This document shows positions 48,093-57,264 of a stretch of DNA of 64,000 nt, in pieces. A program made the position numbers and the translations under genes. The notes under the pieces are model-generated. The model did not search any database, was not told the origin of the DNA, and worked only from the letters and a program-made list of their open reading frames with translations. Origin of the DNA: a virus (Duplodnaviria > Caudoviricetes); IMG/VR virus record IMGVR_UViG_3300037780_000034, positions 192,001 through 256,000 of that record; one strand, 5' to 3'. The stretch's first letter is position 1, and every line of letters starts with the position of its first letter.

Positions 48093-50399
48093 TTACTCTA
48101 ATTTAGATAATCCAGATGACAAAAATCCTATTCCAGAATTTATATTATTAATTCCACTTGACCTATAATTTGGATCATTTATTCTCCATCTGATATAATT
48201 TTCACCTAATATATCTCTTGCGTCATCCAACCCTATATCTGGATTACTTAAAAATTGGTTTTTTGTTCTATTATACGAGTTATTAGTATTAATTTCTAAT
48301 TTAGTAAATTCTGCCTGTGCTACAAGAGTATCGTATCCGGGTATCACATTTCCTTTTGAATCAATTCTTCCCTTAGATTGTAAATAATTCAGCAAATTCG
48401 TTCTTCTATCTTTTTGCCAACTAATTATACCAGCATTTGTGCTATTGTTATAAGGATCGCTGTGTGTGCCATACATAAATTGTTCACGAAATCCATTTTC
48501 CCTGTATACTTCACCTGTGAATGCAATAGCCTGATTATGACTATATCCTGCTTCTCTGAATGCTCTATATACTTCTATTGCTTTTTGTTCATTTTGATTT
48601 AATTTTGCTCTTTCTTCTGGTGTCAACGAAGAGCCAGCAGGAGGTTCTGTAATATTAGAACTTTTCGAATCTTCGGCAGGAATGTCAGGATTATAGCCAA
48701 GTTCTTCTGCTCTATCTTTTATTATTTGAGGCAAACAATCATAGCTTAATGTTCCATCATTACATCTACCCCATATTCTGTCTCTACCAAGATCAAAATG
48801 CATTTTGTTTGCTAACGGGGCGTCAGGTCTAGCATCGCTGTAAATTCCAATTCCACCAATTCCATTACTTCTTGCTAAATCAATAAGCTGAAATATTTGT
48901 GTTTTTGTCATATTAGGAATACCGGAAGCGTGAACTATGTCTACTGCTTCACCTTTCATATGCATAGAATTATCTGCTTCACTTGTGCCACCAGAACGGG
49001 AAGGTTCAATATATCCTTTTGTTATTCTAAATGGTTTTCCATATTCTCTTGCAATAGCTTCAACTGATGAAAATAAATCCGGATTAATGCGTCTATCTAC
49101 GTTGTCATCCCAAAAAACTAAATCAGAAGCATCTTCTGCAATAGGTTGATATTGATTGCCCGCTCTTTGTGGATTTACACCTGCACCGGGTGCAGTAGAA
49201 TATTCGTTTGGATTTCCAGAACTATCGGCATCTGGACTATAATCTAAATGACCTCTCCAAGGTTCAGGTTCAGGAACACGCCCAGATATACTTTGGGTAA
49301 CACCCTTGTTTCCTAACTGATTAGCAATAGAAGGAGTTTTTGCACGATCTGCGGTAGGACCATTCAAATGAATTTGTGCGCGTGATGAAAGAAGTATATT
49401 GCCACCTGTGTTTACTTGTAGTTGTCCACCTTGAGCAGTTAAATTAAAATCTAACAAAGAATTCATATCTATACTGCCTTCAGCAGATTGAATTTTTATT
49501 CCTCCACCTCCCAAAGACTTCATATTTATTGCTTCATCTGCTTGAACTGAAAAATTGTTGGCAGTATGAAAATTAAATCCACCAACCGCATTAACACTAA
49601 ACGTTCCTTGACAATATAAATCAACATCCCCATTATTGTTCATTTCTAACCAACTTGTTCCAGAACGATTGTTTATGTAAATAGTTCCAGTTCTATCATC
49701 CATAACAATTTGAGAACCTTGAGAAGTTACTATTCTTATACCAGAACCAGTATTGTCTTCTGGATCACCGGGCGACAATGATATTGCATTGCCCGTTCTA
49801 TCGGTCATACCCATATTATTAGGATTTGGTCTTTGTGGACCTCTTATAGTATCGTCTTTTAAAAAATCTTGTGCAGTTCCGGGTGTTATTGGTCTACTTT
49901 GTCTTGTTCCATCTTCCTGTGGTTCAAATGCTGCACCAACTCCTTCTTGAGTTTGTCCTGCTGGTTTTCCTGTATTGGCAGAATCTTGCCTTATTAAGTC
50001 TGGCAAAACTCCCATAATAATTCCACTTTTATAATCACCAGTATAAGCTACTATAACTGTATTGCCTACATCTGGGGGTGGGCCTAATACGCCATATGAT
50101 GTGCTAGTAGGACCACCTTGCGCAGTTACGCCACCAAATGGTGTTACTCTTTGACACCATAAACTGCCAAGATCACTTTGTTCACTTTCAGTTTCACCAG
50201 ATGGATTATCCGGAACTATAGCAGGAAAAAGTTTATATACAAGAACTTTTATTCTTCCGTATCCATCTGGGTCTTCATTACTTGTTACTTCACCTAAATA
50301 TATTCCAGCAGGAATAGTTACACCACGATTTATCAAATTTTGATTATACTGTGGTCTTACTTTTTTCTGAAATCTACTAACTGACATATTAGCTGGCAT
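48093..50399 (-). CDS. gp5: Baseplate hub/needle gp5-like protein with peptidase M15 and tail-lysozyme domains
   Basis: OB-fold DPDGYGRIKV...PPDVGNTVIV; beta-helix GSQIVMDDRTG...GTSWLEMNNNG; M15 HMKGEAVD...GIGIY...HFD; C-terminal AIAFTGEVYRE...GIISWQKDRR. Confidence 0.8.
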   Translation of the reverse strand: MPANMSVSRFQKKVRPQYNQNLINRGVTIPAGIYLGEVTSNEDPDGYGRIKVLVYKLFPAIVPDNPSGETESEQSDLGSLWCQRVTPFGGVTAQGGPTSTSYGVLGPPPDVGNTVIVAYTGDYKSGIIMGVLPDLIRQDSANTGKPAGQTQEGVGAAFEPQEDGTRQSRPITPGTAQDFLKDDTIRGPQRPNPNNMGMTDRTGNAISLSPGDPEDNTGSGIRIVTSQGSQIVMDDRTGTIYINNRSGTSWLEMNNNGDVDLYCQGTFSVNAVGGFNFHTANNFSVQADEAINMKSLGGGGIKIQSAEGSIDMNSLLDFNLTAQGGQLQVNTGGNILLSSRAQIHLNGPTADRAKTPSIANQLGNKGVTQSISGRVPEPEPWRGHLDYSPDADSSGNPNEYSTAPGAGVNPQRAGNQYQPIAEDASDLVFWDDNVDRRINPDLFSSVEAIAREYGKPFRITKGYIEPSRSGGTSEADNSMHMKGEAVDIVHASGIPNMTKTQIFQLIDLARSNGIGGIGIYSDARPDAPLANKMHFDLGRDRIWGRCNDGTLSYDCLPQIIKDRAEELGYNPDIPAEDSKSSNITEPPAGSSLTPEERAKLNQNEQKAIEVYRAFREAGYSHNQAIAFTGEVYRENGFREQFMYGTHSDPYNNSTNAGIISWQKDRRTNLLNYLQSKGRIDSKGNVIPGYDTLVAQAEFTKLEINTNNSYNRTKNQFLSNPDIGLDDARDILGENYIRWRINDPNYRSSGINNINSGIGFLSSGLSKLE

Positions 50400-50431
50400 T
50401 TATATTTCCTTACTTTGTATATTATTTAATA

Positions 50432-52684
50432 TTAAAAATTATCACCAACACTTGCACTATTTCCATTATCAAATGTTATTGAACCTATTCCAGTTGATGG
50501 ATCAGTGGTAATTCCAGTTATTGTTCTATTTCCTATGGTTGATCCTGGTGTAACTGTTATAATACTTCCATCACTTTCACGAACTAATGCTCGTGAATTA
50601 TTTGTTGTTCCACTTGTGCCAATAACTAATCTTTTTCCAGTATCGGGGTCAACCGCGCCGGGTTCAGTAGCAGTTTCTGCAACCTCTGCATTAGTTGGTA
50701 TATTTGGTCCATCATCTTCATTAGTAACTCTATCCCCAGACCTATTGTCAGGTCTATTATCACGACTGGAAGATATATTACTATTTCCAGAAGTAGGACT
50801 TCTGGTAGATGACCCATCTAAAGGTGCATTAGGCGAAAGATTTGGTGCAACTCCTTCACCAGATTCCACAACAGATAAAACATCAGGTATATTAACAAGA
50901 TTGTCACGATATGCTTTCAAAAATTGAACAAACTTTCCGTTACGAAATTCACTAATTACAGAAACAACTTTATAAACTCCAGTTATCATATAATCACTAC
51001 TGGGACCAGTTTCAGAAGGTAGATTTATCTTTAGATAAAAATAATGTGAACCTAATTCATAATCTGCGCTGGCAATTTCTGAATTTAATTTATACAAGCT
51101 ATTTGGATTTCCAAGCCAATAAGGGTCTCCACGTATTGTCATTTCTATTTCCAACATATCACCACTATTGTATAAATTTTGAAGAGATGCTCCAAATCTC
51201 ATTACAGATGGAGTAGTAGTATCATTTTTTGGTGTGTTAATATCTGTTTGCTCACTACCATCATTTACATAAGTTAATGACATTCCTGAATTATTAGTAT
51301 ATGCCTGAGATAATTGATTAATGTAAGTTCTATCAAGTTGCCTTATAGTTCCTAATATAAACGGATTAGTTTCTTCTCCACTTAAAATTCTATTTTGAGT
51401 TTCTGCTGCGGCTCTTCTTACCTCTTGTATGTTAATATTAGGCTTATTTTCAGCATTAACAATATTTGCAATAGGTTGTAAATTGTTTGATGAACGTGCC
51501 GTAGAAACTTGTCCACCCATCGTAGGCGATACCATATAAAATGTATGTTCTAACTTTATGTCTAAATTTATTATTTCAGTATTTTGACCAGTATAAAGAT
51601 AATCATATCGCTTCTTCATAAGCCCTAATCCAAGTAAATTACTTACTCTTTTATTTTGTATGCTTGTATCATTTTTGTATTCTAATACTTCTTCTGCGTT
51701 AACTATTAATTCTGGGGTAATATATTTTTTTATACGATATGTTATATCTTTAGCATATCTTCCAGAAACAGGATCAAATTCTCTGTCAACTTCTGTTGCA
51801 ATAACTTTAAATAAAACTTTTAAATCAAGGTTACTGGGTGGACTTTCTGAATCGTTAGTGCTGTAACCTCCTGTTACAACTGGATAATTTTTATATTCTT
51901 TTGTGTTTGTAAGAATAGATGTAAATAATTCTTGTATGTTTGATCCGGCATAAAAAGGAAATTGTCTTTGATCAATCACATCATCTGGTCCTGGTTTTTC
52001 TTCATCAAATTCTATAGTCCAATTTCTCCACTCAGAAATATTTTCATCAAATTCTATTTTATATCTATTTCGTCTTGATGCATTTCTATTTGTTAACAAA
52101 CTTGCTTCTTCTGATTCATTCAAAAGTCTTTCAAAATCAGATACAACTTCTCCAATTGTTTTTCCGTTAGATACAACAGTAGATTTTAAGACACCCAATT
52201 CAGACGAATGTGCATTTGTTGAAATTTCTACTGCACCTATATTATATAGTGAACCAGTTGAATTAATATTACTAGTAACTGTTATGAACCTAACAGGTAT
52301 TACAAATAATCCTCCACTGGAAATACTATTATCTTCTTTTCTTCCAGGAAATGAAATTTCTATTACATATTTTGCATTTGATGCCCAATTTTTAACTCCC
52401 ATTTCATATGAAGAATTAGCTAAAAATTGAAAAAATGAAGCACCGTTGGGTTCTGATATTACCATATTGAATCTGTTTGCAAATGCATTTCTGGCAAGCG
52501 AATGACTTAAATAGTGAACTTGTTCAATTGATTGAATATTATATTGCGCTATTGAAGCAGTATCTGCTATTAGTATTCCGGATTTGTAATTTGAATAATC
52601 TGCTTCAATTTCACGAAGCATATAAATTCTAATTCTATATGAATATGTTGCAAATTGATTCAAAACATTTGGAGTATATCCCAT
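50432..52684 (-). CDS. Baseplate hub-like structural protein
   Basis: N-terminal NVLNQFATYSY; IEMTIRGDPYWL...GVYKVVSVISEFRNGKFVQ; lies between gp53 and gp5. Confidence 0.65.
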   Translation of the reverse strand: MGYTPNVLNQFATYSYRIRIYMLREIEADYSNYKSGILIADTASIAQYNIQSIEQVHYLSHSLARNAFANRFNMVISEPNGASFFQFLANSSYEMGVKNWASNAKYVIEISFPGRKEDNSISSGGLFVIPVRFITVTSNINSTGSLYNIGAVEISTNAHSSELGVLKSTVVSNGKTIGEVVSDFERLLNESEEASLLTNRNASRRNRYKIEFDENISEWRNWTIEFDEEKPGPDDVIDQRQFPFYAGSNIQELFTSILTNTKEYKNYPVVTGGYSTNDSESPPSNLDLKVLFKVIATEVDREFDPVSGRYAKDITYRIKKYITPELIVNAEEVLEYKNDTSIQNKRVSNLLGLGLMKKRYDYLYTGQNTEIINLDIKLEHTFYMVSPTMGGQVSTARSSNNLQPIANIVNAENKPNINIQEVRRAAAETQNRILSGEETNPFILGTIRQLDRTYINQLSQAYTNNSGMSLTYVNDGSEQTDINTPKNDTTTPSVMRFGASLQNLYNSGDMLEIEMTIRGDPYWLGNPNSLYKLNSEIASADYELGSHYFYLKINLPSETGPSSDYMITGVYKVVSVISEFRNGKFVQFLKAYRDNLVNIPDVLSVVESGEGVAPNLSPNAPLDGSSTRSPTSGNSNISSSRDNRPDNRSGDRVTNEDDGPNIPTNAEVAETATEPGAVDPDTGKRLVIGTSGTTNNSRALVRESDGSIITVTPGSTIGNRTITGITTDPSTGIGSITFDNGNSASVGDNF

Positions 52685-52685
52685 A

Positions 52686-52976
52686 TTATAATCCTATTAT
52701 TTGTAAGTTATCTGGAACAAATATTTCCAAACCTTCCACAAAATCAAAAAGTGGGTCTTTGATAACATTTCTATTTAGTATTACAAAAATCCACCAATAT
52801 TCAGAATTACCATACAAGTCATATGCCATCAAATCTGGACGACGATGATATTTTTGAGATATTTTTTGTTTTTTCATTCCATCCGTATTGTTGTCAATTG
52901 GAGGAACATATAAATCAAGATATTTTTTATTCAATAGCGTATTTCTATATACGCTGGTATTTTTGTATAATGCCAT
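52686..52976 (-). CDS. gp53: Baseplate wedge gp53-like / LysM-type protein
   Basis: YHRRPDLMAYDLYGNSEYWWIF...DPLFDF..G.EIFVP. Confidence 0.75.
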   Translation of the reverse strand: MALYKNTSVYRNTLLNKKYLDLYVPPIDNNTDGMKKQKISQKYHRRPDLMAYDLYGNSEYWWIFVILNRNVIKDPLFDFVEGLEIFVPDNLQIIGL

Positions 52977-53506
52977 TAAATATAACCTTCTCTGTATCCA
53001 ATCCCATTTGAAAAAGCATCTAAGCTGAATGCTCTTTGTTTTTCTGCAGAATATTGAGGCAATAATGTTATATTAACCGTCATATCAGTTGGAATATAAT
53101 TTCCTCTACCATCATTAACATAATCTATTTCATTGGCGTAACTTGTGTCAAAATTCAATAACAATACAGGAACATTATTAAAGTTGAATTCTCCATATGC
53201 ACTAAATGTCAATATGGGCGGCGGTGCGCCTGTTGCATTATTTCCAAAATCCATTTTTAAATTTGATCTTAAAAACAACAATGTATCAACTGTATTAATT
53301 GCCTCTTCACGTGTTTGATTATAAAAAGGTGCATTGATAATAATATTGTTTGGTCTACTATTCGTAAATGCATTAATTGCATAGTTTGTATGAACTAGTT
53401 CATACTCAGAATAGTTTGCAGTTGAACCAAATGAAATAGTAGGAGTATATGGAAAAACAATTTGTCCACCACCGGGTTTTATTAATCTTGGTCTGAAATC
53501 TGCCAT
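52976..53506 (-). CDS. Baseplate/tail tube initiator-like protein
   Basis: IVFPYTPTIS, GAPPPILTFSAYG, VPVLL, PTDMTVNITL; late promoter upstream. Confidence 0.65.
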   Translation of the reverse strand: MADFRPRLIKPGGGQIVFPYTPTISFGSTANYSEYELVHTNYAINAFTNSRPNNIIINAPFYNQTREEAINTVDTLLFLRSNLKMDFGNNATGAPPPILTFSAYGEFNFNNVPVLLLNFDTSYANEIDYVNDGRGNYIPTDMTVNITLLPQYSAEKQRAFSLDAFSNGIGYREGYI

Positions 53507-53531
53507 AAAATATTCCTTTAATTATACTATA

Positions 53532-53539
53532 TATTTATA
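53532..53539 (-). promoter_or_regulatory. T4-type late promoter TATAAATA
   Basis: Exact consensus heading the baseplate operon, divergent from the gp55 promoter. Confidence 0.65.
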
Positions 53540-53549
53540 CATAATTATA

Positions 53550-53578
53550 TTGACATTTTTCCATTAATGATATATAAT
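53550..53578 (+). promoter_or_regulatory. Consensus sigma70 promoter TTGACA-N17-TATAAT for gp55
   Basis: Perfect -35 and -10 boxes with a 17-bp spacer. Confidence 0.85.
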
Positions 53579-53597
53579 AAGAAGAAAAGGATTAATT

Positions 53598-54482
53598 ATG
53601 ACCAAAAGAGTAAACTATTTAAACAACAGAGAAATATTAAAGCAATTACATAACAGTAAAATGAGTTTTTGTTATATAGAAGATAAAAAATATTTTTATT
53701 ATGATAATATTGTAGACGATCTTTCAGAAATGACACAAGATAAAATAAAAGAAACATTAGAAAATAAAGAAAAAAGACTGATATATGCAAAATATGAAGA
53801 TGCTGTTAAATTATGGGAAAAAGAAAATAACAGATCAAAATTAAAACCAAAACTATCACAATTTTCAGTAACACAAGAAGAAATTGATAGCACTCCACTT
53901 GTAATTCGTGTAATGTGTTTGGATCATATACCGATAAGTCCGCGAAAGAAAAATCCAAAAAATGAAATAGACAAACACATAAGATGTAATTTTCCTCCAT
54001 TTAAACATTATGCTTTGGAAAATTCCGTATGGAGAGAAGTAGTGCGTTCACATTGGGATGGAGATTTAGAAACTGGAACTTTTTCTCTTATAAAAGGAAA
54101 AGTAAACGACAGACTCGGCAAAATGATGATGATGCTGGTAGATAGATATGCAATGAGAGCAAATTTTAGAGGATACACATATCTTGAAGAAATGAAAGGA
54201 AATGCATTATTACAATTATCAAAGTTTGGATTGTATTTTGATGAAAGTAAAAGTTCAAATCCTTTCTCGTATTTTACTACCACTATTAACAATGCATTCT
54301 TAGGTGTATTAAACAATGAGAAAAAAGTTCAAAATATTCGTGATGATTTACTTCAAGACAACGGATATATGCCAAGTTATACTCGTCAATTCAGTGATGA
54401 AAAAAATCAGCAAGATGCTCGAAAATTAGATTATGAAGCACGTATAATGGAAGAACAAAAAAATTTAGGAATTAATGGATAA
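53598..54482 (+). CDS. gp55: T4 gp55-like late sigma factor
   Basis: VNYLNN, NFRGYTYLEEM, FDESKSSNPFSYFTT..NNAFL..LNNEKK; upstream of gp47/gp46. Confidence 0.85.
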   Translation: MTKRVNYLNNREILKQLHNSKMSFCYIEDKKYFYYDNIVDDLSEMTQDKIKETLENKEKRLIYAKYEDAVKLWEKENNRSKLKPKLSQFSVTQEEIDSTPLVIRVMCLDHIPISPRKKNPKNEIDKHIRCNFPPFKHYALENSVWREVVRSHWDGDLETGTFSLIKGKVNDRLGKMMMMLVDRYAMRANFRGYTYLEEMKGNALLQLSKFGLYFDESKSSNPFSYFTTTINNAFLGVLNNEKKVQNIRDDLLQDNGYMPSYTRQFSDEKNQQDARKLDYEARIMEEQKNLGING

Positions 54483-56196
54483 GTTAGAAGAAATAAAAAG
54501 ACTTTCGCAGATAAAAAGTCTCAGAACAATTCATATTAAAAACAGTATATTCGGAAATATTATATTTCCGAATACTATTAATAATGCCAGACAGATGTTA
54601 TGGCATATAATTAATGATACTATGGAAATTCCAAAGTGTCCAATATGTTCTAATGATTTAAGTTGGCATCCTGACAAGAGAGATTATAGAAAATTTTGCA
54701 GTAATAGTTGTAGTGCATATGGCACTGCTGAAATATCAAGAAAAACTTCTGTTGAAAAATATGGAGTAGATCATTATAGTAAAACTGATGAATTTAAAAA
54801 ATCTGTTAAAAAAACTTCTATTGAAAAATATGGAGTAGATCATTATAGTAAAACTGATGAATTTAATAAAAGAACTATCAACACAAATAAGAAAAAATTA
54901 GGTGTTTCTTATCCAGCCCAATGTGACAGTATAATAAAAAAGATGAAATCATCTAATATAGAAAAATATGGGGTTGATGTTTACTCAAAAACCCCAGAAT
55001 TTAAAGAAAAATTTAAATTAAGTTCTATTGAAAAGTATGGAACTACTCATCCTATGCATTTGGTAGAAATAAAAGAAAAAGTAAAAGATACAAATATCAA
55101 GAAATATGGTGAAGAATATCCATTACAGAATAATAATATTTTAAATAAATCAATACAAACAAAAAGAAAAAATTATTATTCGCAAGATGTATTACAGAAA
55201 CTAGATAATCCGGAATGGTTAAAAAACGAACATAAAACAAAAACTATATTTCAAATTTCAAAAGAGTTAGGTGTTTCTAGTAGCAATTTAGGAAAATACT
55301 TTGAAAAATATGGAATAGAAATAAATTATATTAATTCACAATCATCATATTCCGAATTAGAGATAATAAATTTTATAAAAGAATTAGGTGTTACAAATAT
55401 AGATACAAACAATAGATCAATCATATCACCAAAAGAAATTGATATTTATTTAAAAGATTATAATATAGCAATTGAGTATAATGGAGTTTATTGGCATAGT
55501 GAAAATCAAGGAAAAACTAAAAATTATCATTTAAATAAAACGTTAGAGTGTGAAAGTAAACAAATACAATTACTGCATATATTTGAAAATGAATGGAATG
55601 ATCCTATTAAAAATCAAATATGGAAAAGTATGATTAAGTCAAGATTAGGATTATCTAAAAAAATATTTGCAAGAAAATGCATATTTTCAAGTATATCAAC
55701 GAAAGAAGCAAAAAGCTTTTTAAATGAAAACCATCTTGAAGGCTTTGTTGGTGGAACTCACAAATATGGATTATTTCACAATAATGAATTAGTCCAGTGT
55801 ATGATATTATCAAAAAGCAGATTTAATTCAAACTATGACTATGAGTTAATAAGGCTTGCAACAAAAAAAGATTTTCTTGTAGTTGGTGGCATAAGTAAAC
55901 TTTTACATAATATTCCAATTACTGGTTCTTTAATAACATATGCAAACAGAAGATTTTCTGTTGGAAATTCGTATTCTTCACTGGGTATGAAACCGCAAAA
56001 GTCATCCCCTCCAAATTTTTATTATACTAAACCAAATTCTATGATGTTAGAATCAAGACAAAAATATCAAAAACATAAACTAAAAAATATTTTATCAATA
56101 TATAATAGTAATAAAACAGAATGGGAAAATATGTCGGAAAACGGATATGATCGCATATGGGATTGTGGCAATTTGGTATTTACATTTGAACTATGA
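54475..56196 (+). CDS. Third Hef-like homing endonuclease with ~6 x 23-aa YG repeats
   Basis: CPICS...FCSNSC, EKYGVDHYSKTDEF repeats, EIDIYL..NIAIEYNGVYWH, YELIRLA, RIWDCG; start overlaps the gp55 stop. Confidence 0.82.
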   Translation: MDKLEEIKRLSQIKSLRTIHIKNSIFGNIIFPNTINNARQMLWHIINDTMEIPKCPICSNDLSWHPDKRDYRKFCSNSCSAYGTAEISRKTSVEKYGVDHYSKTDEFKKSVKKTSIEKYGVDHYSKTDEFNKRTINTNKKKLGVSYPAQCDSIIKKMKSSNIEKYGVDVYSKTPEFKEKFKLSSIEKYGTTHPMHLVEIKEKVKDTNIKKYGEEYPLQNNNILNKSIQTKRKNYYSQDVLQKLDNPEWLKNEHKTKTIFQISKELGVSSSNLGKYFEKYGIEINYINSQSSYSELEIINFIKELGVTNIDTNNRSIISPKEIDIYLKDYNIAIEYNGVYWHSENQGKTKNYHLNKTLECESKQIQLLHIFENEWNDPIKNQIWKSMIKSRLGLSKKIFARKCIFSSISTKEAKSFLNENHLEGFVGGTHKYGLFHNNELVQCMILSKSRFNSNYDYELIRLATKKDFLVVGGISKLLHNIPITGSLITYANRRFSVGNSYSSLGMKPQKSSPPNFYYTKPNSMMLESRQKYQKHKLKNILSIYNSNKTEWENMSENGYDRIWDCGNLVFTFEL

Positions 56197-56207
56197 TGTG
56201 GTATAAT
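56179..56207 (+). promoter_or_regulatory. sigma70-type promoter TTTACA-N17-TATAAT with extended TG, for gp47
   Basis: The -35 box lies inside the last codons of the Hef-like gene; TGG-TATAAT at 56199-56207. Confidence 0.7.
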
Positions 56208-56241
56208 AGAAAATAAATATTTAAAGGATATAACATATTTT

Positions 56242-57264
56242 ATGACAACATTTTTTAAAAAAGCAGCAGTGTTTGGCGATATACACTATGGACTAAAAAA
56301 TAACTCAAAAATACACAATGAAGACTGTGACAAATTTATAGATTGGTTTTGTGAACAGTCTACTAAAAACAATTGTGAAACTTGTATTTTTTTAGGTGAT
56401 TGGAACCATCAAAGAAACGCAATTAATATATCTACTATGAAATATGGATATGAAGGTTTAAAAAAGATAAGTAATACGTTTGATAACGTTTATATGTTAA
56501 CAGGTAATCACGATTTATATTATCGTGAAAAACGAGAGTTATATAGTTTTCCATTTGCTGAGTTATTTTCAAATATCACTGTTATAAATGATGTTCCATT
56601 AATTCAACAAGACGTAGCTATTGTTCCTTGGTTAGTAGAAGATGAATGGAAAACTATTCCAAATATTGATGTCAAATATATGTTTGGACATTTTGAATTA
56701 CCAAAATTTAAAATGAATGCTATGGTAGAAATGCCAGATCACGGAGAATTGAAAAAAGAAGATTTTACAAAACCAGAATATGTTTTCAGTGGTCATTTTC
56801 ATAAAAGACAAAGTAGTGAAAAAATAAATTATATAGGATCACCATTTGGTCACAATTATGCAGATGCGTGGGACGACGAACGAGGAATGATGATTTTAGA
56901 ATGGGGTGGAATTCCACAATATATAGATTGGCAAGATGGTCCAAAATATATAACAATAAATCTTTCAACTCTTATTGATGATCCAGAAAAATACTTATTA
57001 CCAAATTCATATTGTCGTGTAACAATTGATATACCAATTTCATATGAAGAAGGCAATTATATCAAAGACGTGTTTTTAACAGATTATAAATTAAGAGAAT
57101 TGTCACTAATTCCAAAAAAGATAGAAGATAATTCAGGTGATTGGAAATCAGATTCTATTATAGAAATAGAAAATGTAGATAAAATAGTAATAACACAACT
57201 AAATTCAGTAGATAGTGATATAATAGACAACAAAAAACTTACGGAGATTTATTCCAAATTATGA
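56242..57264 (+). CDS. gp47: gp47/SbcD-like recombination endonuclease subunit
   Basis: GDIHYG, FLGDW, GNHD, GHFE, SGHFH metallophosphoesterase motifs. Confidence 0.93.
   Translation: MTTFFKKAAVFGDIHYGLKNNSKIHNEDCDKFIDWFCEQSTKNNCETCIFLGDWNHQRNAINISTMKYGYEGLKKISNTFDNVYMLTGNHDLYYREKRELYSFPFAELFSNITVINDVPLIQQDVAIVPWLVEDEWKTIPNIDVKYMFGHFELPKFKMNAMVEMPDHGELKKEDFTKPEYVFSGHFHKRQSSEKINYIGSPFGHNYADAWDDERGMMILEWGGIPQYIDWQDGPKYITINLSTLIDDPEKYLLPNSYCRVTIDIPISYEEGNYIKDVFLTDYKLRELSLIPKKIEDNSGDWKSDSIIEIENVDKIVITQLNSVDSDIIDNKKLTEIYSKL

Noticed and set aside
50505-50927. 140-aa plus-strand ORF
   Set aside because: Antisense shadow of the low-complexity C-terminus of the 750-aa hub gene; no RBS or motif
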